Shown one piece after another: positions 20,801 through 27,568 of a DNA stretch of 42,417 bases (position 1 is the stretch's first letter; each line of letters opens with the position of its first letter). The position numbers and the translations under genes were made by a program. Source of the DNA: Elusimicrobiota bacterium (lineage in GTDB: Bacteria; Elusimicrobiota; Elusimicrobia; UBA1565); assembly GCA_043827405.1 (NCBI GenBank), contig JBDRPD010000091.1, forward strand, positions 1 through 42,417, read 5' to 3'. Below the pieces are notes generated by a model. That model saw nothing but the letters and a program-made list of their open reading frames with translations, ran no database searches and had not been told where the DNA came from.

Positions 20801-23800
20801 GGTCCGCGACCTGGCGGCCAAAGAGATCGGCAAATCGCTCAACGCCCCCACCCGAACGGATCAGTTCATCAAGCGCCTCAACGACGTCTCGACCCACCAC
20901 GCCGAGGATCCGTTCCTCCAGCTCTGGGTCCAATACTTCACTTTGGACCGCCTGATGCAGGCCGGCGCTGAATCGCTGTCATTGGACGAAGCCGGCAAGC
21001 TTATCGACCATGTCCTGGCGACCGCCCAGCGTATCGACATCCAGCGCGTGGAGGCCCTCAAACAGCTCAAGCCGGGACAGGAAGCCGAGCTGCCGCCGGC
21101 CCTGCAGGAGCAGACCGTCGCCATCCTGCTCAATGCCCTGCGCGGCGCCCAGCAGCGGGGCGCAATCTCCGCGCCGCTTAACTTAACGGTCATCGAGTCG
21201 ATCAACAAGCAGACCAAGAGCCTCATAGAGGAAGCCTATAAGCATTTCGCCGACCTGCACGAAAGCGAGCTCAAGAGCACCCAGGGCTCGTACCGGCTCG
21301 CGGATCTTAACAAGCTGCGGGAGGTCTTGGCGGAGAAGGCCGCAGCGATCAAAAACTCGAACCAGCCGCTGGCCAAGGAGTTTACCGCCGAGCAGCGGGA
21401 ATTCGTCGACCGGGCGCAGCGCGTGCTCTCCCACATGATCCCGGCGGCCGAGCTGGCGGGCATCCAGCCGGGCGGCACGGCGGGCGAAAAGGCGGCCGAC
21501 GAGATCAACCTGCTGCTCGTGGAGGGGCAGCAGAAGTTCGACGGCGACCAGTTCGTGCGCGCCCTGCGCCGGGCCGGGCTCGCGCCCGACGCCAATATCT
21601 CCGTCACCGCCGACAAGGGCTTCTACCAGAGCTACAGCCCCGAAGAGATCGAGAAGCTGCGCGGCTTCCTGCTGGAGCTGGTACAGAAGGATATCAGCTG
21701 GGAGACCAACGGCCAGCGGCGCTCGTTGGACTGGAACGAAAAGAAGTATCTCGCCGGCGCGCTCGAAAAGGTCGTCGGCATCCACACCAAGCACTACGCC
21801 GGAAACGAGGCGCCGACGGCCCAGGACTCCGCCACCGTCCTGCAGCAGCTGACCGCCCTGCAGGACGCGCTCAACGGCGGCGACCAGGCCGCCGCAGGCA
21901 AGGCCGAGAAAGCCCTGCGCGGCCTATTCGCCGACGCAGAGGATGCGGACCTCTTCCTGGCCAAGGTCGTCGCCGCCCAAGAGGCGCTGGCCGCGGGCCC
22001 GGCGGGCAAGGACGCGCGGGCCAATTTGGCGCTGCTGCGCTTCCTGGCGGCGCGCATCTCCGAGGGCGCGAACCTCCACGCGGAGGGGCTCAAGGAGGTT
22101 TTCGCGGACGCGCTGGAGGCCGCGCTGGACCATGCCGCCGCCCCGGACATCAAGCCCCTCCCTGACGCCGAGACCTGGACCGCGGTGCGCGACGCGCTCG
22201 CCGGCATTCGCGACAGCGGCCGCCCGGTCCCGGAAACGCTGACGGAAGCGATTCAAAAAGAGCTAAACGACCAGGCCGTGCTTATCGCCGACGGGGGCAA
22301 GGAAAAGTTTAAGGCGAACACTCCCGCCGGCGACAGGTACGACCGGCGGCTGCGCGAAGCGCGGATCTTCAAGGACAGCAAAACCCGCGACAAGTTCAAG
22401 CTGTTCCACCTGCGGGAGCTGCGGCAGGCAATCGCCGAAAGCGCCGGCGACGCGGAGTACGCCGCCGAGGCGGACGGGATCCTCGAGCGGATGCTCGAGA
22501 CCGCGCAGCTGGCCGGGGCGGCGGACGGCGGTTCGGTCAGCGAGCGGCTCGCCGAAGAGATGAACGACATCCTGTACGCCGGCTACATGGCCTATCCCGG
22601 CACCTACTTCAACGACATGCTGCGCGCGGCGAAGCTCGCCCCGGAAGGCGCCGGCAACGCCGCCGCCGAAGCGTATCACCAGAGCTACTCGCCCGAGACG
22701 GCGCGCAGGATCTACATATTCTACGAGGACATGCTGCGCTCAGGCCAGTATACGGGCGGCACCGGGAAGGAGAACCTGAGCGAAGCCCATAAGCTGCACC
22801 TGGCCGAAGGTCTGGAAAAGATCGCGCACCTGCTCGAGAAATTTCACCCGCAAGCGCTGGAACAGCTCGCCCCGCGGCCTTTCGGCATGCTATTCAGGAC
22901 GCTGGCGGACGGCGCTCCCGGCCTGCAGACGGCGCTCGACGCGGCCGCCGCGGACGGCTCGCTGCTGGCCCGGCTCGCGATAGTGCAGAAGCTCAACGAA
23001 AAGGACGCCCCGCTGCAGCGCCGCATCCTGCACCTGACGCTCGAGCGCCTGGGCGGAGCGCACGGCCAGCAGTACGCCGACGACGACCTGTCGATGCGGC
23101 TGCTCGACGGCACGGTCAAGGCCCTGCTGGACCGGGGCCAGCAAGCCGATATCTGGCAGCTGCTGACCGACGCCCTCAAGAGCGCCGAAGTCAAAGACGG
23201 CCTCTCCCGCATCGCGCAGGAAAAGGTGCACGACTACCTGACCGGCGCCATCACCGCGGCCGAGGAAGCCTTCCCCGTCAACGACGCCCTGGTCGAGAGC
23301 AAGGTGCGCGCCACCGCCACGGCGCAGCGCAAGAGCTTCCGCCTGATCCATATCACCCGCCTGCGCCGGATCATCCTTGACAGCGCGGCCGCGGCGGCCA
23401 AGAGCGGCGGCCTCTCCGCGCCGCAGAAGCTGGCGCAGGAGACGGCGGCCAGGGACCTGCCGCGCCTGCGCAAGCTCGCCGAGCTCAGCGGCATGCTCCC
23501 CGGCGACTCGCAAGGCGAGGTCGCGGCCGAAACGGTCAACACCCTCCTCCACGACGGCCACATGAAGTTCACCGGCCAGAACTTCGTCAAGTATATGCGG
23601 TCGCAAAAGCTCGCGGCGGACCAGAAAGCCAATCAGTCCGGCGGCATAACCTACGATCAGGAGCTCACCTGGCGCCAGTCCTATTCGACGGCGGAGGTCG
23701 CCGAAATACTCGCGCAGATGCGCGCCATGCTCAAGGGCGACGTGAGCTGGGATCATGAAGGCAAACCGCGCTCCCTGACGCCGGACGAGAAGACCCTGCT

Positions 23801-25007
23801 CGAGGGCGCGGTCAAGACGCTGGAGGGGCTGCTGGAGCATTATCCGAACCCGGCGCCCGAAGATAAAGCGAAGGTCGACGCCGCCGTGGCCCTGCGCGAC
23901 GCCGCGCCGGCCCCGGTCGATGCCGCGAGCGGCGCCACCGGCTTCCCCGCCTTCATCCCGGTTACCGCCGGCCTCACCGCGGCCTCATTTTCCATGCCGG
24001 CGTTCATCGGCGGCTGGCTGCCGGTGGTCGCGATCGCAGCCTTCGCCGCGCTGGGACTTTATCTCCTGGCCCGCTCTTGGCGCGGGCGCGGAAACACGAA
24101 CGAACAAGCCGCCGGGCGCGCGCCCGCAGCAGCCGAACCATCGGCGGAGGCGTTAAAGCGCTACAAAAGGCTGGAGATCGCCGCCCGCAAGATGGCCTCG
24201 GCGGTAACGGCCGGTCAGTTCCGCTCGCGGCTCGTCGGCGCCAGCGGCACGGACTTCGTCGAGCTCGCCGACTACCACAACGAGGACCGCAAAGCGATCA
24301 ACTGGAAGGCTTCGGCCAAGCGCGACGAGCTCCAGGTCAACCGCTACGAACAGCACAAGGACATGCCGCTGGTGCTGCTTATCGACGTCAGCGATTCCTC
24401 CGTCTTCGGCACGCGCGGCACCGACAAGAAGACGGTGATCGAAGATACGGCGGCGCTGCTGGCGCTCATGGCCTCGCATCTCAATATCCGCGTGGGAGCG
24501 CTGCTGTTCAGCGACCGGGTCGAGGAGTTCATCCCCCCCAAGAGCGGCAAGCGCCACGTCTGGCATATCCTCCGGCGGCTGATGCAGGCGCGGCCGGAGA
24601 GTACGGGAACGGACCTCAACGTTCCGCTCAGCTTCGCCCTCAAGCGCCTGCGCTCCCGGTCCATGGTCGCCATGGTCTCGGACTTCATCGCCCCGGATTA
24701 CGCCCGCAGCATGGGCGGCCTGTCCGAGCGCCACGATTTCCGGCCGATCCGCGTGACCGACCCGGCGGAGATGCGGCCGCTGCCCGACGTCGGCCTGCTG
24801 CGGACGCAGGACGCCGAGACCGGCGGGGAGCGCTGGGTCGACACCTCAAGCCGCGCCGGCCGCGCCGAACAGCTGGCCAATATCCGCGCCCGCGAACGCC
24901 GCATCGAGGACGCCTTCCACGCCGCGCGCACGCGTCCGGTTACCCTTTCGACTGAAACGGAATATATGGAAGAGCTGACGAAGGAATTTTCCGGAAAGAA
25001 GAAGTAA
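14847..25007 (+). CDS. Giant 3386-aa multidomain Bat/VWA fusion protein (signal+leader, Ig/DUF4381-like, BatA VWA, BatC TPR, BatB VWA, HEAT-like, 3x helical repeat, DUF58)
   Basis: Uninterrupted 10.16-kb ORF. BatA: LSFGQPWALLL (~16581), LALSQPR, MIDAS DLSGS, LFSDG. TPR plus Q/G/K-rich tail ~17800-18430. BatB: LSFTNP (~18480), DVSRS, VISDG, YTIGVGT. DUF58: GTDFVELADY...INWKASAK...LLIDVSDS...VSDF (~24150-25004). Confidence 0.9.
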   Translation: MQRIIAVLLTAALLLAVPGQPCYAALGRVAAGTSAGPAATGAAGAAGRIGAHAALGALHTPLYSATLNTALPSVENLRLQTAVQQAAVRVTPRGIAGRTYAPRGKLGKTIERITGSAQPFRKTIAKPAASAGQTHSAGTDLQNLLSGVLHSRRDSAAVLPRVGAGLAGFKSATPAGLGIGRARLINSAHRGEVPGAAADALQAAAKTTPAAAALRRAWHALKRAVLRPVLGLTLLISLIAAAPAFPDVKVDLLAQQGTPPAGQTVSQQAPEVIIAPIAAAVKVSPQSVTVGETMELEITLRNNGGKTLEIPSVRAAVERSLPFTLELRGQEGVDAIELAPGESRTVVLRVAAFDAGEIKLEGVRIYLGADGSVIVVPDAVFKVDSVLTPDWKKKGFEDIAEIQKGETPNIGWLFSIPLGLLLLIGVERLLASRRQGRKPKVFLQPLWETTSKRIGELTQNGGRLSSAVFYAEVYNILDTLLIDLHGLEKRERGAGELIRDIAGAKKYSKEQLALARRIAETAEAVRFGGAADNSELRRRTLTALNALAEDLLAPAPPAEQDPPSLLGLGALFSGGGAGLSFGQPWALLLVVPLGAYLLWRMWRSPASSFKVSSADTLPGKRTWRQRLRWMPSALRIAAVTLLLLALSQPRIGVERQETYVPSTDTVMSIDLSGSMDTKFGTGDKISQLEAARSAVKAYVIEQRRGTTNRVGMVTFADDSYQDVRLTTDYDALIAHLKELKTSGSTAVGKSVLASITHFLEVNAYELNDPDDPRIKKVQELLDKKGLGEALEYAKKHSDLMRRILQPDRTKIVVLFSDGGSNTGLSMAEAADIAKKLGVRIYTVGINTSGTDEKNLKDMSESTGGLYFQVGNAEGMRAALLDISRLEKSPSLVKSKIATKDFGSYLLMLALLMLGLEVTLSSTRMRSLSGVALIAALGLAIPNPELIRPLTGGGTPIVMAAATTEAPAKAPLSIVDQLPVSKMPRELAAANTLYLQGRFDEAVKKYAEALRRYPDIPQIYFNTANALYRLGDFARAAKYYQEYLKHVKDDAGESSKVFYNLANAALMQKDLSRAIELYREALRRNPGYTEAKWNLEVAMQMLKEQQKNQQGKKGEGKGKKQKGKGQPGDSDGQGEPGDSDGDSAQSDGKDGKKSPGKPGKPKQAEQAEGVDKLQKQQDKIEKEGDAKARKAVPRKGSGIWGLAAIALAGPAALSFTNPVLLWSVFVLVPIMAGLLIYSLRKKLQAARELSELDAPKSFKEWAGRRRWTTKFALLLSALALFALAAGDPIFGERDTRLNFGGKDIMMATDVSRSMLGAEDGRHERTKAELMEFIRRMEGTDRVGLVVFAGKARTASPLSIDYGNFEFKMRRLEREARSLNGGSDLAAAIEHSILSFDTVKKIGDRERILIVISDGDIFEQELEKVIRLAKSKGIAIYTIGVGTTDGTRIALPEQEGDNGETQYLIDEKTGQPALTRLNEKTLRLLSHSTGGEYFRAQNDSGINSLLSRVAELSKGTETDSVKSPRKIAAFFMWPGLALLLLELLLPGISPLRNRTRTRKEGQDKAGKATALHGAALLGLALPLSFWPQVLPFAALITLFAGLILYDLLSRGGAARRILAWAHRGEPAANLERDLGILFDSPETGKERFREMDRLELRRFLREWQSAPGEDKTRLINTALGDRELWRQKLTTAYLAASVRPSKDSAETADMILGALAAAARTHLDRLEPVLNRLIDRRAELAWLNHPLPLRALARLAQQGLNPKHAASRATLRSLAAEPDAAVRQAALASLLGMRAPPSRLSWTKRAGVTLLALVMAAMVMLSSFSGIKTLEYRTIQKQAVQTQLSIFFGDDLYILNDKYADARIQDEVVPVLKRWHRTDAVTQQELMQAIAVLRSSPDPKADNVLEAVFKLADMLPLTVESENLLLKTLIERDNDQVWEFLKRYMQANAKNPMATGRLLRMIQIGAEAGSDRVFVNLFYFLTSPSPQVRDLAAKEIGKSLNAPTRTDQFIKRLNDVSTHHAEDPFLQLWVQYFTLDRLMQAGAESLSLDEAGKLIDHVLATAQRIDIQRVEALKQLKPGQEAELPPALQEQTVAILLNALRGAQQRGAISAPLNLTVIESINKQTKSLIEEAYKHFADLHESELKSTQGSYRLADLNKLREVLAEKAAAIKNSNQPLAKEFTAEQREFVDRAQRVLSHMIPAAELAGIQPGGTAGEKAADEINLLLVEGQQKFDGDQFVRALRRAGLAPDANISVTADKGFYQSYSPEEIEKLRGFLLELVQKDISWETNGQRRSLDWNEKKYLAGALEKVVGIHTKHYAGNEAPTAQDSATVLQQLTALQDALNGGDQAAAGKAEKALRGLFADAEDADLFLAKVVAAQEALAAGPAGKDARANLALLRFLAARISEGANLHAEGLKEVFADALEAALDHAAAPDIKPLPDAETWTAVRDALAGIRDSGRPVPETLTEAIQKELNDQAVLIADGGKEKFKANTPAGDRYDRRLREARIFKDSKTRDKFKLFHLRELRQAIAESAGDAEYAAEADGILERMLETAQLAGAADGGSVSERLAEEMNDILYAGYMAYPGTYFNDMLRAAKLAPEGAGNAAAEAYHQSYSPETARRIYIFYEDMLRSGQYTGGTGKENLSEAHKLHLAEGLEKIAHLLEKFHPQALEQLAPRPFGMLFRTLADGAPGLQTALDAAAADGSLLARLAIVQKLNEKDAPLQRRILHLTLERLGGAHGQQYADDDLSMRLLDGTVKALLDRGQQADIWQLLTDALKSAEVKDGLSRIAQEKVHDYLTGAITAAEEAFPVNDALVESKVRATATAQRKSFRLIHITRLRRIILDSAAAAAKSGGLSAPQKLAQETAARDLPRLRKLAELSGMLPGDSQGEVAAETVNTLLHDGHMKFTGQNFVKYMRSQKLAADQKANQSGGITYDQELTWRQSYSTAEVAEILAQMRAMLKGDVSWDHEGKPRSLTPDEKTLLEGAVKTLEGLLEHYPNPAPEDKAKVDAAVALRDAAPAPVDAASGATGFPAFIPVTAGLTAASFSMPAFIGGWLPVVAIAAFAALGLYLLARSWRGRGNTNEQAAGRAPAAAEPSAEALKRYKRLEIAARKMASAVTAGQFRSRLVGASGTDFVELADYHNEDRKAINWKASAKRDELQVNRYEQHKDMPLVLLIDVSDSSVFGTRGTDKKTVIEDTAALLALMASHLNIRVGALLFSDRVEEFIPPKSGKRHVWHILRRLMQARPESTGTDLNVPLSFALKRLRSRSMVAMVSDFIAPDYARSMGGLSERHDFRPIRVTDPAEMRPLPDVGLLRTQDAETGGERWVDTSSRAGRAEQLANIRARERRIEDAFHAARTRPVTLSTETEYMEELTKEFSGKKK
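21190..23850 (+). repeat. Three internal protein repeats (~330-350 aa period) in the giant ORF
   Basis: Core A[EQ]L[AS]G..G...E..A[DE]..N.[LI]L..G...[FY].G..F...[LM]R...LA...QSYS. QSYS starts at 21627, 22680 and 23676. Confidence 0.85.
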
Positions 25008-25019
25008 GGAGCGAATATA

Positions 25020-26885
25020 ATGAACGCACGAACTCTAAGCAGCATCCTAAAAAAAGGAACAGCGGCGGCGCTGGCCCTCTGCCTGAACCTTATCCCCGGA
25101 CACGCCGCTTTCGCCCGCGTAATAAAAGTACGGCTTAACGGCGCGGCCGGCATGAATGCCCCGGCCGTCCAACTGCGCATGGGCACCGCCGCCGGCATCG
25201 CGGCGACCGCCGCCCTGGCCGACGTCAAGCTGGGAGCCGGCGTGCTTCCGACGGTGAGCTCTATCGCTTCGCCCAGAGCCGCGGCGCCCGGCGCGATCAG
25301 CGTCCATGCCGCCGGCCAGGTCAAGGCCATCGCTCCCGCGACCGTCCAGAAGACCGTCAAGACCCGCGCCGTCGTCAGCGCGGAAATGACCGGCATGAAA
25401 AAACAGATCGCCGCCCTGCCGCAGGCCGAGAAGACCTCGACCGGCAAGGCCTACGGCGCGGGCCTCGCCCTCGAGGCCATCCTGACCGGCCGCCGGAGCC
25501 ACTCCTTCGGCGGCCTGGTCCGCGGCCGCGACGCCTCGTTCACCGAGGGCTTCGCTCCCACGGTGCATCTAGAGATCGCGGCGGCGCGCGCCGCCAAATC
25601 CGCCATGGTCCCGCTGCCCGCCAAGTCGGCGGCGGCCAGGGCGAAGTCCTTCCTGACGTCGAGGCGGGGCATCCTCGCCGTCGTGGCCGGCGCCGCCGTG
25701 GCCACCACCGCGGGCATGATCGTCCTGCAGCTCTACATGCCGGCCATCATCGGCTCGCTCGGCCTGATCGGCATGACGGGGACTCTGTGGGGCAAAAAGG
25801 ACAAGGATAAGGAGCAGTCCGCCCCCCTCCCCGAGGGAGAGCCCGCTCCGGCTTACGCGCACGAAGCGGACGGCGCATCCTACAATACCGCGCCCGACGC
25901 CGCGCTGCAGGAGGCGATCGCGGGGATGAGCGGCACGATTTCCGCGCTCAAAGCCGAGATCCGGCGCGTCATCGTCGGCCAGGAAGACATGGTCGAGTCC
26001 ATTATCGTCGCCATGATAGCCGGCGAGCATATCCTGCTCGAAGGCGTGCCCGGCGTAGCCAAGACGCGCACGGTGCAGGCCTTCGCCGACGCCACCGGCG
26101 CCGACTTCCAACGCATCCAGGGGACTCCGGACAAGATGCCGGCCGACATCCTGGGCGCCGAAGTTCTGCAGACCCAGGCGGACGGCACGCGCAAACTGGT
26201 CCACGAGAAGGGTCCGATCTTCGCCCGCGTGGTGCTCTTCGACGAGATCAACCGCGCCATGCCCAAAACCCAGTCGGCGATGCTCGAGGCGATGCAGGAG
26301 CGCAAGGTAACCATCGGCCGCGAGACCTTCGACCTGCCCAAGCCCTTCCTCCTGCTCGCGACGCAGAACCCGATCGAGCAGGAAGGGACCTACCCCCTCC
26401 CGGAGGCGCAGCAGGACCGCTTCATGTACAAGATCGTCGTCCCGCAGCCGACGCGCGAGGAGCGCAAGAAGATCAACGAGCTCAACCGCAAGAAGGAGAA
26501 GGTCAAGACCGAGCAGGCGGTCGAGGTCGACGAGCTGGTCCGCGCCACCGAGATCGCCGAGCAGGTACGGCTCGATCCCGCGCTGCAGGACTACATCCAG
26601 GACATCATCGACGCGGCGCTCGCCCCGCATGAGATCGGCATCGGCACGGAAGGCATCGTGGAGCAGGCGATGATCACGCGCGCTTCCATATTCATGGAAA
26701 AGGCCGCGCGCATCCACGCCTTGATGCAGGGACGCTCCTACGTGACGCCGCAGGATATCCGCGATATCGCGCCGAAGATCCTGCGCCACCGCATCATCCT
26801 GAGCTATGCGGCCGGCGAGCGGACGACCGACGATCTGATCCGGGAAATCCTGCACCGGCTGCCGGTCCCCGGCCCGCAAGGCTGA
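25020..26885 (+). CDS. moxR: MoxR-family AAA+ ATPase with ~300-aa N-terminal signal/leader/TM extension
   Basis: VIVGQ, Walker A GVPGVAKT, Walker B VLFDEINRA, ATQNPIEQEGTYPLPEAQQDRF, ILRHRI. AAGGAG RBS, 12 nt after the giant ORF. Confidence 0.92.
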   Translation: MNARTLSSILKKGTAAALALCLNLIPGHAAFARVIKVRLNGAAGMNAPAVQLRMGTAAGIAATAALADVKLGAGVLPTVSSIASPRAAAPGAISVHAAGQVKAIAPATVQKTVKTRAVVSAEMTGMKKQIAALPQAEKTSTGKAYGAGLALEAILTGRRSHSFGGLVRGRDASFTEGFAPTVHLEIAAARAAKSAMVPLPAKSAAARAKSFLTSRRGILAVVAGAAVATTAGMIVLQLYMPAIIGSLGLIGMTGTLWGKKDKDKEQSAPLPEGEPAPAYAHEADGASYNTAPDAALQEAIAGMSGTISALKAEIRRVIVGQEDMVESIIVAMIAGEHILLEGVPGVAKTRTVQAFADATGADFQRIQGTPDKMPADILGAEVLQTQADGTRKLVHEKGPIFARVVLFDEINRAMPKTQSAMLEAMQERKVTIGRETFDLPKPFLLLATQNPIEQEGTYPLPEAQQDRFMYKIVVPQPTREERKKINELNRKKEKVKTEQAVEVDELVRATEIAEQVRLDPALQDYIQDIIDAALAPHEIGIGTEGIVEQAMITRASIFMEKAARIHALMQGRSYVTPQDIRDIAPKILRHRIILSYAAGERTTDDLIREILHRLPVPGPQG

Positions 26886-26897
26886 GCATAAACGGCA

Positions 26898-26930
26898 TAA
26901 AAAGAGGAAAACCCCATTTAGGGGTTTTCC
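26898..26930. terminator. Intrinsic terminator hairpin (U-tract on minus strand, possibly bidirectional)
   Basis: GGAAAACCCC-ATTTA-GGGGTTTTCC perfect 10-bp stem. The minus strand continues TCTTTTT. Confidence 0.75.
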
Positions 26931-26998
26931 CCTTCCCTGCCGGCATGAGGCCGAGCGGGATAGGTGTTCTTTAGGTAGCCCGCGAGCGGGTGTTCCTT
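26898..26998 (-). ncRNA. Candidate ~100-nt small RNA
   Basis: Bounded by TTGACA-17-TATACA (minus) and a terminator, has internal hairpins, and has no credible ORF. Confidence 0.55.
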
Positions 26999-27004
26999 AC
27001 CACA

Positions 27005-27033
27005 TGTATAACCCCTCCGACGGAGAATGTCAA
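27005..27033 (-). promoter_or_regulatory. Sigma70-type promoter TTGACA-N17-TATACA
   Basis: -35 at 27033-27028 and -10 at 27010-27005, read directly from the sequence. Confidence 0.7.
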
Positions 27034-27067
27034 TACTTTTTTCATACGTTCGTGCTACACTGACGGT

Positions 27068-27466
27068 ATGAGCGGACCATCCAAGAGGCTCTACGAGCGC
27101 TACCCCTGCGACATCCCGATCGTCGTACAGGCTCCGCGCATGAAAAACCGGCGTTTTGACGGCATCATGCGGGACGTCGGCATGGGCGGCGCTTTGCTCA
27201 GCATACACGGCAGCGTCGAAGGACCGCTCCTCATCGTGGAAATAGAGACCTCCGCCGGAAAAACCTCCTTCAAAGCGCGCATCGCCCGCGCCATCGGCAT
27301 GGACAAGAAAAAGGCCCGGCACTACCTGTACGGGGTCATGTTCGAAACCGATCTAAGCAATCAGCACATCCTGCGCAAAATCCTCGACCAAGCCCGCGCG
27401 GGCAAATGGTCGGGCCAAACCGGGACGGATTCCGGCGAAACCCGCCGCGATTACTGGAACATGTAG
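27068..27466 (+). CDS. PilZ-domain c-di-GMP-binding protein
   Basis: RLYER (RxxxR) and DVGMGG (variant D/NxSxxG), YGVMF. TG-n-TACACT lies 6 nt before the ATG. Confidence 0.8.
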   Translation: MSGPSKRLYERYPCDIPIVVQAPRMKNRRFDGIMRDVGMGGALLSIHGSVEGPLLIVEIETSAGKTSFKARIARAIGMDKKKARHYLYGVMFETDLSNQHILRKILDQARAGKWSGQTGTDSGETRRDYWNM

Positions 27467-27568
27467 CCTTTGGGCCATCGGTCCCAAATCCCGGTCTTTC
27501 GGCCCAAGCGCTGTTTAAGGCCCTATGCCCCAGGCGTATTTTCCGCATCCGGCTAAGCTATCAGCAAG

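Noticed and set aside
15197..26879. Many minus-strand and off-frame ORFs inside the giant gene and moxR
   Set aside because: Expected shadow ORFs of high-GC3 coding sequence with no motifs.
26918..27322. 134-aa minus-strand ORF
   Set aside because: Mostly antisense to the PilZ gene, and it runs through a promoter and into the terminator stem.
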